IMG/VR virus record: IMGVR_UViG_3300032237_000707
Coordinates: 1 to 32,376 of that record
Length of the DNA: 32,376 bases
Source: a virus
Taxonomy: Duplodnaviria > Caudoviricetes
Direction: 5' to 3' (one strand)
Made by a program: the position numbers and the translations under genes. The notes beneath the pieces are model-generated. The model ran no database searches, was not told the DNA's origin, and was given only the letters and a program-made list of their open reading frames with translations. Shown piece after piece: positions 8,833-18,339 of this stretch (the stretch's first letter is position 1; every line of letters begins with the position of its first letter).

Positions 8833-9327
8833 ATGCCTTGCACCGGCAACGACTACGTCACCAACTTTCGAGATGGAACGCTATATCTCATCGACGGCGC
8901 GGGCGTCAGCTTGACGATCCCGCTCGAGATGGGCGACGTCAATATCAGCGGGCTGAACGGCGACATGTCCGAGGTCTCGGTCTACCGTTCGCGAGGAAAG
9001 ACCGTCACGGTCAGAAAAACAAACGATCTCAACCCGACGATCAGCGCGTCGGCGATGCTGAATCGCTTCACGTCGACGACCAAGGATGTGATCGCCGACT
9101 TCATCCGATTCACGGGGAAGTATTCGAGTAACGTCCGGACGAGCGGAATTTGCGGCGACGTCAAGACGATCAATGCAAAGTGGGTGGTGAGCACTCCAGA
9201 TGGCGATGAGACGATCATCGTCCGCGACGTGTTGTTCAGCTTCGATCTCGCCGAAGGCGACCCGTCGAGCATCAGCTTGTCGGGCACCATCTACAACGCT
9301 GACGTCTCGATGAGCGGCGCGACCTGA
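8833..9327 (+). CDS. Probable major tail tube protein (164 aa)
   Basis: GAGGTG RBS; beta-rich; immediately precedes the frameshifting chaperone gene. Confidence 0.68.
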   Translation: MPCTGNDYVTNFRDGTLYLIDGAGVSLTIPLEMGDVNISGLNGDMSEVSVYRSRGKTVTVRKTNDLNPTISASAMLNRFTSTTKDVIADFIRFTGKYSSNVRTSGICGDVKTINAKWVVSTPDGDETIIVRDVLFSFDLAEGDPSSISLSGTIYNADVSMSGAT

Positions 9328-9335
9328 TAGACCTC

Positions 9336-9362
9336 GACTCGGTACCCGGTCGGTACCGAGTC
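9336..9362 (+). terminator. Perfect hairpin after tail tube gene
   Basis: GACTCGGTACC-cggtc-GGTACCGAGTC, 11-bp stem, no U-tract. Confidence 0.5.
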
Positions 9363-9383
9363 ACCACAGACACCGGAGACACC

Positions 9384-9773
9384 ATGGCCAGCGTGTATAT
9401 CCTTGGGACAGACCACGACATATCCGAACCGAAGCGACGTATCTACGTCGTCGAAGTCGGCGCTGAGCTCGGCTCTCGGCCGCTCCGAGCGTTCGCGGCC
9501 GCCCTCGGTCTCGGCTGTCGCGGCCTATGGGCGACGCGCGCCGAGCCGAAGTACGACGGCCGGGCTGCACAGTACGGCGAGGACGTGTTCGAGATCCTCG
9601 CCGATGCCGGAGCGACCTCGGATGAGATCACCACCGCCGGGATCCGGGTTTACCAGGCGTGGCTCGGGCTGTTACCGAGCGCGGAAGCGGTGAAAGAAGC
9701 ACGGGATTTTACGCCAGCCGACGCGGCGCCCTCGATCGCGAGCGTCGGCGCGTCGAGCGGTACCTCGGGCTGA
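9384..9773 (+). CDS. Tail assembly chaperone (gpG-like, 129 aa)
   Basis: GGAGA RBS; between tail tube and tape measure; in-frame slippery heptamer G GAT TTT at 9704-9710. Confidence 0.72.
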   Translation: MASVYILGTDHDISEPKRRIYVVEVGAELGSRPLRAFAAALGLGCRGLWATRAEPKYDGRAAQYGEDVFEILADAGATSDEITTAGIRVYQAWLGLLPSAEAVKEARDFTPADAAPSIASVGASSGTSG

Positions 9774-9895
9774 CATGGGGCGGCCTCGACGCCTACCCTA
9801 TTGAGGTCCAAGCGGAGATGATCGGATTCTGGGCGACGGAGGTTGTAGGCCATGAAAGTCGCAAAGATCCGAAACATGGACGCGGCAATCGCTGA
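9384..9895 (+). CDS. Frameshifted tail chaperone (gpGT-like, ~170 aa) via -1 ribosomal frameshift
   Basis: -1 frame open from slippery site to TGA 9893-9895 (YASRRGALDRERRRVERYLGLTWGGLDAYPIEVQAEMIGFW...). Confidence 0.68.
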
Positions 9896-10367
9896 CGTAC
9901 AGTCGCAGGTCGAGGCGAGCACGTCAGAGATCCTAGCGATCTTCGCGGATGAATGCATGGACTACGTCTGGGATCTATGGCCAGCAAAGACCGGAAAGTC
10001 GATCCGAAACCTCATCGTCAGCGTGTCGCCTGGCGGATCGGTAGCGATCGTGTGTCCCGAGGAACACGCGCCCTACATCCACATCGCAGGTGAGCGCGGG
10101 TCGGCGCTGTTTACCCGCTTGTTGCCGGCGATCGAGGACAATATCGATCGCATCACCGACGCGACGACACGCCGGATCGAGCGCGGAGAGGTCGAGCTCA
10201 TCCCGCGTCGAGTCGACCCAGGCCTCGTCGCCACCAAGATTGCAGCGAGCAAGGCTCGCGCAAAGCAGGCCGCGAAGGCGCGAGAGGATAGGATGAGCGA
10301 GGACGAGCGACGCGAACAGGATCGCCGGCGACAAGAACGTTATCGCGCGCGGAAGGGGGCACGATGA
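9852..10367 (+). CDS. HK97 gp10-like neck/tail completion protein (171 aa)
   Basis: WPAKTGKSIRNL and EHAPYIH resemble the family's PVxTGxLxxS / YAxYVE motifs; GGAGG RBS. Confidence 0.55.
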   Translation: MKVAKIRNMDAAIADVQSQVEASTSEILAIFADECMDYVWDLWPAKTGKSIRNLIVSVSPGGSVAIVCPEEHAPYIHIAGERGSALFTRLLPAIEDNIDRITDATTRRIERGEVELIPRRVDPGLVATKIAASKARAKQAAKAREDRMSEDERREQDRRRQERYRARKGAR

Positions 10368-12019
10368 AGGGCATAAAGGTACCGATCGAAGGCGATATCT
10401 CGCCGATCCTCGCCGAGTTCGCAAAGCTCCCCGGCCGCACCGACGCCGAGATGCAGGCGGTCGGAGCGGCGATCGAGCGCCAGATCCGAACCGGCTCGGT
10501 CGCAAAGGCATTTGCTGAGCTCCCCGGCGTCAGCGCCACACAGGCAAAGAAGGCCGCGAACGCGGTTTCACGCGAGATGGAACGCGCCGCCGCCGAGACG
10601 CGCAAGTCGTTCGGCGAGGTCAAGAAGGGCGCGACGGCGGTATTCGGTGGCATCATCGGGGATGTCGAGGACGTCGTCGGTGCGATCGGCGAGATGGGAC
10701 CGGCCGGTCTCATTGCCGCCGCCGGTGTCGGTGCGCTAGCCGTTGAGTTTGCGGCGATCTGGGCAGAGTACAAGGTCGTATCGATGCTATATGAGTTCGC
10801 CGACGCGACGGGCGAACTCGAGGGCGAACAGAAGGCGCTATCACAGGCGATCGACGACACCAAACAGGCGATCGGAACTCGGTTCGTCCCAGTGTTCGAG
10901 GCAATGCTCATCGGTGTGACGGCCGGCACGCTGGCGATTCGAGACTTTGCGCTCCGAGCGCTCGACGCCGGATCGGCGATGATCCAGTGGTATCAGTCGC
11001 TCGGGCCGCTCGCGAAATCCCTGGTCGGCAACCTCGGCGGCGGCATCTTGATGCAGGCCGACGCGATCGATAAGCTCTCGGCCGGGCTCCGGTCGGGGAC
11101 TATCGACGCCGGCGGCTACGTCGCACAGGCGCGGGCAATGGTGTCGATACAGGACGCGACGGCCGAGGCCGCGAAACGCACGACGAAGGCTACCGAACGA
11201 CAAGGCGCCGCGCACGATGCCGCCGCGAAGGCGACGAAGTCGCAAGCCGATGAACTCGCGCGGCTCCAGGGATCGCAGGCCCTCGCCGAGATCGAGGCGG
11301 ATCAGGAGCTCACGGATCAGATCCTCGCCAACATCCCGGCGATTGACTCGGCTCGCCAGGTGTCCGCCGAGAAACGGATCGCCCTCGCCGATAAGGTAGC
11401 CGTGGAACAGGCACGGATCGACGAGGAGGCCGCGACCCGCGCCGCCGAGCTCGCCACCGCGCAACGAGAGGCCGTCACCGGCTACGCGACCTCGGCGATC
11501 GATGCCGCCGCACAGATCGCACAGGCCGTCGCAAACGGCGCCGCCGAGGGGAGCAAGGCACAGAAGGAAGCGGCGCTTGTGGCGTTCCGAATCCAACAAG
11601 CGGCCGGGATCGGTCAGGTCGCGATGGACACGGCCGGCGCCGTGGTCAAGGCGATGGCGCTCTTTGGTCCGCCTCCAAGTCCCGCCGGTATCGCCGCAAT
11701 CGCAGCCGCGTCGGCGATCGGCCTTGCACAGGCCGCCCTCGTCGCCGCCCAACCGCCGCCCTCGTTCCATACCGGAGGCATGATCAGCACCGCCCCGCTC
11801 GCACCGGATGAAACGATGATCCGCGCGCGCAAAGGGGAGGAGATCCGAACCCGCCAGCAACAAGGCGGCGGCGCCCCGATCCAGGTTCAGATGGTATATC
11901 AACATCGCGTGTTTGATACCTTCGTGGCCGACAACCTCAAACAGACGGGCAGTCCGCTACGCCGCGAGATAGGGTCTAGCTCAGGCCGCTTGCTCGGCCA
12001 TCGGGAGCGCGCGCGATGA
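10364..12019 (+). CDS. Tail tape measure protein (551 aa)
   Basis: Ala-rich helical protein with hydrophobic segments and C-terminal PSFHTGG motif; synteny. Confidence 0.85.
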   Translation: MKGIKVPIEGDISPILAEFAKLPGRTDAEMQAVGAAIERQIRTGSVAKAFAELPGVSATQAKKAANAVSREMERAAAETRKSFGEVKKGATAVFGGIIGDVEDVVGAIGEMGPAGLIAAAGVGALAVEFAAIWAEYKVVSMLYEFADATGELEGEQKALSQAIDDTKQAIGTRFVPVFEAMLIGVTAGTLAIRDFALRALDAGSAMIQWYQSLGPLAKSLVGNLGGGILMQADAIDKLSAGLRSGTIDAGGYVAQARAMVSIQDATAEAAKRTTKATERQGAAHDAAAKATKSQADELARLQGSQALAEIEADQELTDQILANIPAIDSARQVSAEKRIALADKVAVEQARIDEEAATRAAELATAQREAVTGYATSAIDAAAQIAQAVANGAAEGSKAQKEAALVAFRIQQAAGIGQVAMDTAGAVVKAMALFGPPPSPAGIAAIAAASAIGLAQAALVAAQPPPSFHTGGMISTAPLAPDETMIRARKGEEIRTRQQQGGGAPIQVQMVYQHRVFDTFVADNLKQTGSPLRREIGSSSGRLLGHRERAR

Positions 12020-15000
12020 GCCGAGACATCACCCCGTCACGATACTCCGCGCTCGTTGTCCCGTTCGATATCGAGATCTGGCCGGATCACACGACCATAA
12101 CCCAAGCCGGGCCGCGCGCCGGCGTGCCGGTGCCTGTCGATGGCGAGGGCGCGTCACGTCTCGCGCTCGCAGCTCGAGGGACGCAGACCGGCGATTTGCA
12201 GGTTCGGACCCAGCGGGGCGGGTTCGCGACGCGACAGGCGCGCGCCGACAGTGGAGGGACGCTCCGACTGGACAACGGCGCAGCGTTTATTTGGCGAACG
12301 GCCACAACAGTCGGCAGCACTACCACATATGGGGACTGGCGCGGCTGGGATCCACCACGGGCTGTGTCCCGCTACCAGAGCATCGTCGCATGCGACAACA
12401 CCGCGACCCTGACCCGGTATACAAAGGATCCGCACGCAATCAGGCTTGCGAACGGCAATATCCTCGTCGCCTGTGAGGCTCATGTCCCGGCGGCGGCGAG
12501 CCCGTATCAAATCGCGGTCTACCGGCGCTCGGGCACGAACGACACGTGGGCCGGCCGCACGTCGCCCTATGGTATCACGACGGTGCCGACATATCAGTTT
12601 TGCCCGACCTTATGTCAGCTCCCGAGCGGGCGCGTCCTGCTGTACCTCGCGATCTACGACTCGGCGACGCTGGCCCACCGCCTCCAAGGCTGGTTCTCGG
12701 ATGATGAGGGTTCAACGTGGTCAACCGTCGGGGACGGCCTCACGAACACCGTGTTTTCGGGCGTCCCGTATAAGCTCAGAGTCGCCTATAAGGACGGCCA
12801 AATCCTGCTGCTGGCTCGGCTCGAGTCGGCCGGCGTGTATCGCCTCGGTCAATATGCGAGCAGCGACCTCGGCAACACCTTCGATTTCGTCGTGTACGAG
12901 TCGACATGGGATCAGGTCAACTCGGTGGATATCGCAGTTGGGTCCGCTGGTTTCGTGGTTATCCAAAGCCTCGCGAACACAGCGGCGACGACCGACCCGG
13001 CCGTCATGATCCGGATCGTGCCGGATGCGTACCTCTCGATTGCGCTCAGCGATCCGGCCTATGCTCCAGGTCTGAGCGGCATCGGCGGCGGTGAGAGCGC
13101 GATCACGGTCGACGATACGGGCGTCATCTATGCCTACGTCCGCACGACGACGGATGCCGGCCTTGTTGGTCAGGTATTTGCCTATATGTCCTTCGACTCG
13201 GGGCTGACGTTTAGCCCGTTCTCGGACAGCCTCCCAGCCATCGACATCGCCGATACTGCCTTCCCTCGAGGCATCACAGCCGCGGCGTCTCTCGGCCAGG
13301 TCGTTCTCGTCGGAAACGCGACCGCGACCGGGACCGCACCGCCGGCGACCGCGCCCGCGACGCCGACCCCGACACAGCTCGATGACTCGCTGCATTGCTG
13401 GACTCTCGGCGGGTATACGGAGCTATGCCTTCCCAGGTTCGCCCGATCCTTTGGGTTCGGGTCGACTCAGGGCTGGAAAAAATACTGGACCCCAGTCGAA
13501 TATCCGGGCGCCGTCGGGTGGACGGTTGTCACCGCCGCGACCGCGACGCAGGATATCACCGTATCAAACCGGCTTGTGATCACGACAAACGCCACCGGCA
13601 CGATGATCTACACGATCACCCCAGTGGGCACGACATCTGACGGCCTCATGATGCGAGCCGTGCTCTCAGTGCAGACGCGCGCGACGATCGGTCAGCAGGT
13701 GTCGATGCTGCTGCAATTCGACGACGGAACGCAAACTGTAGGCATTCGAGCAGAGTTTGATACAACGCAATGGAGGTTGGTCGATAACGTCTCTGGCGTG
13801 ACGATCGGCGCTGCACAGGTCTATACCGCAGCGTCAGCGACGGTCGAAGTATTGCTCGCGATCAAGGGTCGCAATGGACGATCGTGGTGGCGCGAACCGA
13901 ACGCCGAAACCGAGGCCGGCGTCAGATCGTGGACGACCGGCCCGGCAACGACGACCCTCACTACGGCCGTGACTGGGGCTGGAGACGTGGTCGGGTGGGG
14001 TCATCGAGCGGCGGGGATCTCGACGTCAACGTGGTATGAGGTCGCCTATGCCGACGCGACCGAGATTCAGTCGAACCTTGCCGACGGTCAGACCTCGCCC
14101 AACGACCTCTTTGGTCGCCCGTATTCGAGCGCGGGTGATGGGGTCTACTGTTCGGCAGGCGCGACACTCGAGGCGAAGGGCGGCCCGACGTGGCTCGGTG
14201 AGAGCTGGCACGTTCGGCGCCGCTACGACTACGGGGTCGAGCGCGCGCTCACGTTCCCTTCGCCGCGTCATGCCTGGGTGTCGACCACCAACAGCGAGAC
14301 GATCTCGCTCCTATGGGATGACGGCGTCGCGCTCGGCACGAACAACTACGCCAGCCGTGGAATGCTTGCGATCTATCTCGCCAACTGCAACGCCGAGACT
14401 GTCTCGATCGCTTACCGCAACGTGGCCGGGGCGAGCTGGGTCAGCCTCGGCACCGCCGACCGCTGCGTCGGTCTAACCGGGCTAGCGTTCGACGCGATGA
14501 ATGCGAGCATCCGACCGACCACGGACGCGGGGATCTACCTCAGAACGAACGAGCTCACCGGGTCGTGGTTTATCGACGTCACCGGCGCAACGCAGACGTT
14601 GATCGCAGGTAACTCCGAGGGGCGTTGGTCGAGTGCCGCCCCGCTCCGCACGATGCTACATCTCGGCGCCACCGCCGGCACGACGACCGGGCGAACCGGC
14701 GGCAAGATCGTGCCGAAGGACACGGTGATCCTCGTTGACCTCAGCGGAATCAATACGCCAGGGATCCGGCTAATTTTGGCGAAGTCCTCGACAACGGCGG
14801 CGCTCCAGGTGGGCGTGCTCCAGGTGGGCGAGGTCATCGGGCTCGGGACTCGATACGACTGGGGACGCACCATCGACCTCGATCTCGGCGGCGCCGAAAT
14901 TGCCGAGGCTCGGGACCGGACTCGGCGCGCCATCGCGGCCGCACCGCCTCGTCGCACCGCCTCGATCGCGTGGGCGGACACCGCGATCGATCAAACCGCT

Positions 15001-15297
15001 GTCGACCGAGATGGCGATCCCGATTATCTCCTGGGCGGCACCGGTCAGGCCATTGCGGGCGTGCAGTCGACTGCCTACACGATCGAGGGCGTCGCGCGCG
15101 AGATCGAGGGCGCGACGACCCCGATCGTCTACCTACCGTCAGTCCCGGCCGGTGGGCCACTCCAAGTGATCAATCGCCGTCACCAGCTCCTATATGGGCG
15201 TGTGACGTCGGATATTTCGATCGAGAGTGTGCTGGGCGAAGAGGACGACAGCGAGCTTGTGCGGGTCGCGACGATGACGATTGAGGAGGAGGTATGA
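12016..15297 (+). CDS. Large tail-tip protein with BNR/Asp-box (sialidase-like propeller) repeats (1093 aa)
   Basis: Asp-boxes SDDEGSTW, SSDLGNTF, SFDSGLTF; Pro/Thr linker; directly after tape measure. Confidence 0.75.
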   Translation: MSRDITPSRYSALVVPFDIEIWPDHTTITQAGPRAGVPVPVDGEGASRLALAARGTQTGDLQVRTQRGGFATRQARADSGGTLRLDNGAAFIWRTATTVGSTTTYGDWRGWDPPRAVSRYQSIVACDNTATLTRYTKDPHAIRLANGNILVACEAHVPAAASPYQIAVYRRSGTNDTWAGRTSPYGITTVPTYQFCPTLCQLPSGRVLLYLAIYDSATLAHRLQGWFSDDEGSTWSTVGDGLTNTVFSGVPYKLRVAYKDGQILLLARLESAGVYRLGQYASSDLGNTFDFVVYESTWDQVNSVDIAVGSAGFVVIQSLANTAATTDPAVMIRIVPDAYLSIALSDPAYAPGLSGIGGGESAITVDDTGVIYAYVRTTTDAGLVGQVFAYMSFDSGLTFSPFSDSLPAIDIADTAFPRGITAAASLGQVVLVGNATATGTAPPATAPATPTPTQLDDSLHCWTLGGYTELCLPRFARSFGFGSTQGWKKYWTPVEYPGAVGWTVVTAATATQDITVSNRLVITTNATGTMIYTITPVGTTSDGLMMRAVLSVQTRATIGQQVSMLLQFDDGTQTVGIRAEFDTTQWRLVDNVSGVTIGAAQVYTAASATVEVLLAIKGRNGRSWWREPNAETEAGVRSWTTGPATTTLTTAVTGAGDVVGWGHRAAGISTSTWYEVAYADATEIQSNLADGQTSPNDLFGRPYSSAGDGVYCSAGATLEAKGGPTWLGESWHVRRRYDYGVERALTFPSPRHAWVSTTNSETISLLWDDGVALGTNNYASRGMLAIYLANCNAETVSIAYRNVAGASWVSLGTADRCVGLTGLAFDAMNASIRPTTDAGIYLRTNELTGSWFIDVTGATQTLIAGNSEGRWSSAAPLRTMLHLGATAGTTTGRTGGKIVPKDTVILVDLSGINTPGIRLILAKSSTTAALQVGVLQVGEVIGLGTRYDWGRTIDLDLGGAEIAEARDRTRRAIAAAPPRRTASIAWADTAIDQTAVDRDGDPDYLLGGTGQAIAGVQSTAYTIEGVAREIEGATTPIVYLPSVPAGGPLQVINRRHQLLYGRVTSDISIESVLGEEDDSELVRVATMTIEEEV

Positions 15298-17009
15298 GTC
15301 TCCTCGACAACGGATCGCCGGGCTACTCTCGCGACGTGCTCATCGACGGCGCGATCGTGTGGCTACTCGATGTGGAGTACGCCGGCGCGATTTGGCGATG
15401 GTCGTCCCGGCCGATCGACGTCAGCTCCGACCTCGGCACGCTGACCTATCCCGGCGGCCTCTCGGCGCTGGACGTCGAGGATAGCCTCGGCATCGTCTCG
15501 GAGTCGGGCGATGAACGCTCAATCTCGCTGTCGCTTCTGTGGCCGTCTCCCGGCGTCGCGCTGCTGATTCAGCGCGGACACGATCTCGCGGCCGCGCTCG
15601 GTCAACTCTCGTACCTGATCGAGGGTCAGTCGTGGGAGTCGCGGGTCGTCGTCATCCACGGCATGATCTCACAGCCGGAATATGAAGCCGATACCCAGCC
15701 TGTCTCCTTTACTTTAGTCGAGCGGCCATGGGACGACATCGCGCAGATCATCCCGCCCGAATACCGCATCGACGCAACGACGTGGCCGACTAGCCCGGTC
15801 GCGGCGACGAACCAGCGATACCCCGTGCCGATGTTCGGGGCGGCCGCCTCATCGCGTCGGGGTCCAGGCGGCTCGGCGGTCGGTCTGTCCCCAGCCTACC
15901 CGCTCGCGTTGAATGTCGGCGATGGAGGCGTCGATAAGCTCATCATCTCGGCGTATCCGGTCGCGGCCGCGACCGTCCAGGCCGGAACGATCATTGACAA
16001 TGTCTATGATACAGCCTCGTTTGCGGTGGCGTCGACGACAGACGCCCTTGGTCGCGAGGTCTATTACATTGACACGTCGGCGAGCTCGTCGACGATCCGA
16101 TATGCCTCGGCGTGGTACATCACCGACTGGAACGAGGGCGGCATCCTCGGAAATCTCGAACCCGGCCGGCCGATCACGACCGCAGGCGAGATGCTCTATT
16201 GGCTGGCCTCCAGGTCATCGGTGCGGGTCGATCTACCTCGGTTCGCCTCGGTCGTCGGCGCGCTGTCCTGGCCAGTCGAGGCATATATTGACGGCGACGC
16301 GAGCCCGCTCCAGTTCATCGTCGATCGCTTGTTGCCGATCCTCCCGGTCTCGTTGGTGTGCGGCCCAAACGGCATTCAGCCGGTACTATGGCGATATGAC
16401 GCGCGCGCGACGGATGCGGTTGAAACGATCGTGAACAATGTCAACTGTGCGCGGGTCGGCGCGGTGACCTACACGGCGAAGCCGAGCGACCTAATCCAGC
16501 GGATCGTGCTCGACTATGGCTGGGACGCGGGCGCCAACGACTATACACGCCAGCTCATGGTCGAGCCGATCCCGAGCGGGCCGGCGCCCTCCGGGTCAAT
16601 CGACCCGAGAAAGGTGCACAACGCATTCCTCAGGGCGGCCGCGAACCGCTACTCTGACGATGACCCTCGGCGATACCGGACTCTCGGCGTCCAGTCCGAT
16701 CTCATCGGCAGCGACGTGACCGCCGCGCGATTCCTCGCGTGGAAGTGCCGTCAGGTTGGGTATTCTCCGCGACTCGTCGAGTACGATGTCGGTCAGGAGC
16801 TCGGATGGCTGGAGCTCGGAGCGGTCGTGACCCTCACCGACTCGGAGCTATACCTCTCGTCCATCGTCGCGCTGGTCGTCGGGCGGGTCATCACCGACAC
16901 CGGCCTATGGCGACTGCGGCTCCAGATCCTCGATGACCTCGTCACCGCGACCGCCGTTGACCCGTCTCTTTCGCAGGACACACCGCCATCTTGGAGCGGG
17001 ACACAATGA
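15294..17009 (+). CDS. Probable baseplate hub/tail-tip protein (571 aa)
   Basis: GAGGAGG RBS; ATGA overlap; C-terminal LELGAVVTLTD motif like hub-protein OB-fold ends; synteny. Confidence 0.65.
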   Translation: MSLLDNGSPGYSRDVLIDGAIVWLLDVEYAGAIWRWSSRPIDVSSDLGTLTYPGGLSALDVEDSLGIVSESGDERSISLSLLWPSPGVALLIQRGHDLAAALGQLSYLIEGQSWESRVVVIHGMISQPEYEADTQPVSFTLVERPWDDIAQIIPPEYRIDATTWPTSPVAATNQRYPVPMFGAAASSRRGPGGSAVGLSPAYPLALNVGDGGVDKLIISAYPVAAATVQAGTIIDNVYDTASFAVASTTDALGREVYYIDTSASSSTIRYASAWYITDWNEGGILGNLEPGRPITTAGEMLYWLASRSSVRVDLPRFASVVGALSWPVEAYIDGDASPLQFIVDRLLPILPVSLVCGPNGIQPVLWRYDARATDAVETIVNNVNCARVGAVTYTAKPSDLIQRIVLDYGWDAGANDYTRQLMVEPIPSGPAPSGSIDPRKVHNAFLRAAANRYSDDDPRRYRTLGVQSDLIGSDVTAARFLAWKCRQVGYSPRLVEYDVGQELGWLELGAVVTLTDSELYLSSIVALVVGRVITDTGLWRLRLQILDDLVTATAVDPSLSQDTPPSWSGTQ

Positions 17010-17512
17010 TCAACTACCGTCGAGACGGCACCGCCGCCCAGCATTCGCTCCGCACTCTCGGCACGGGCGCGACACAGGCCGCCGCCGGCAACCACGGTCA
17101 CGGCGGCGCGACCATCACCGGGACGACCGGCGCGCTCGGCGACGTGCTGACGATCACCTCTACCAGCCCGCTCGAAGCGACGTGGCAAGTGCCGAGCGGT
17201 GGATCGGGATCGGGTGACGTCGTCGGGCCGGCAAGCGCGACCGACAACGCAATCGCTAGGTTCAACCTAGGGACCGGGAAGGTGATACAGAACAGCGTGG
17301 TCCTCGTCGGCGACACCGGGATCATCACCGGGGCGGAATGGCAAGGGACTCGGCTCACCGGAGCCTACGCGCCGATCCTCTCCGACGTGCAAGCACCGAC
17401 GGCGGCGGTGAACTTTGCACAACAACAGGCTACATCGTTCGTGATCGAGAACCGCACATCCGACCCCACCTCACCCGTCGCCGGTCAGCTCTGGCTTCGG
17501 ACCGACCTGTAA
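17006..17512 (+). CDS. Tail fibre-like protein (168 aa)
   Basis: Fibre motifs LGTGATQAAAGNH.H, GDVVGPASATDNAIARF and SDPTSPVAGQLW. Confidence 0.65.
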   Translation: MINYRRDGTAAQHSLRTLGTGATQAAAGNHGHGGATITGTTGALGDVLTITSTSPLEATWQVPSGGSGSGDVVGPASATDNAIARFNLGTGKVIQNSVVLVGDTGIITGAEWQGTRLTGAYAPILSDVQAPTAAVNFAQQQATSFVIENRTSDPTSPVAGQLWLRTDL

Positions 17513-17521
17513 GGAGATCCC

Positions 17522-17950
17522 ATGGCTATCGGCAGTATTGGCGTCCGCTCGTCAAACCTCACGATCAGCGCGGCGTCGCTCGAGATCCGAACGACGGCGG
17601 CGGTCCGCGCGACGCTGCTCGAGGTGAGCATCATCCAGGCGACCGGCACCGCCCAGTCACTTGGTCTCGGTCGACCGGCGGCGATCGGCGTAACTCCGGG
17701 TACGACCTCGACGTTTCAGCGCGACGAACCGGGCGCGCCGGCCTGCGTGACGACCACGGCGTTGAGCTGGGCGACCTCGCCGACCGCGCCGACCATCTAT
17801 CATCGGCGTTGGAACAGTGCTGCAACGATCGGTGTCGGGATCATCTGGACCTTCCCGCGTGGTCTCATTATCCCAGTATCTAGCTCGATCGTCGTGTTCA
17901 ACATCACCGCCGCCGTCGCATGCGACATCAACGTCGCGATTGACGAGTAA
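17522..17950 (+). CDS. Beta-rich virion accessory protein (142 aa)
   Basis: AAGGAG RBS; beta-strand pattern. Confidence 0.65.
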   Translation: MAIGSIGVRSSNLTISAASLEIRTTAAVRATLLEVSIIQATGTAQSLGLGRPAAIGVTPGTTSTFQRDEPGAPACVTTTALSWATSPTAPTIYHRRWNSAATIGVGIIWTFPRGLIIPVSSSIVVFNITAAVACDINVAIDE

Positions 17951-17953
17951 GCC

Positions 17954-18088
17954 GTGATCAACGTCTATATCGCCGATTCGGCCACCGATATCGTCGCATA
18001 CATCAACGCGCAGGGCATCGCGCGGACATCGATCGAGGCGATCCTATGCGATTCGTCGGGGCTGTACTCCCTCCTCTGGTGGTCGTGA
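17954..18088 (+). CDS. Small hypothetical protein (44 aa), not in ORF track
   Basis: GTG 3 nt after upstream stop; MINVYIADSATDIVAYINAQGIARTSIEAILCDSSGLYSLLWWS; TGATG overlap with next gene. Confidence 0.6.
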   Translation: MINVYIADSATDIVAYINAQGIARTSIEAILCDSSGLYSLLWWS

Positions 18089-18339
18089 TGCTCCCCAGCG
18101 AGATCGCGCGGATCAACCTCGTATTGCACGATACCGGCGCTATGTCGATCGAGGGCAACGTCGGAGACGTGCGGATGGCGATCCGGATGATCGACGCCGC
18201 GCGTGAGGCCGTCGCCGCTCGCCTCGGTCGACCGAGTCTCATCGAGCCGCACGGGGCCGGTCTCCAGATCCCGAGCTACGACGTCGGGGCGGCGCCCTCG
18301 CCGCTCTACCCGGTCCTCCCGGTCGGAGACCGCCCATGA
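18088..18339 (+). CDS. Hypothetical protein (83 aa)
   Basis: Coupled by TGATG upstream and ATGA downstream. Confidence 0.6.
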   Translation: MLPSEIARINLVLHDTGAMSIEGNVGDVRMAIRMIDAAREAVAARLGRPSLIEPHGAGLQIPSYDVGAAPSPLYPVLPVGDRP

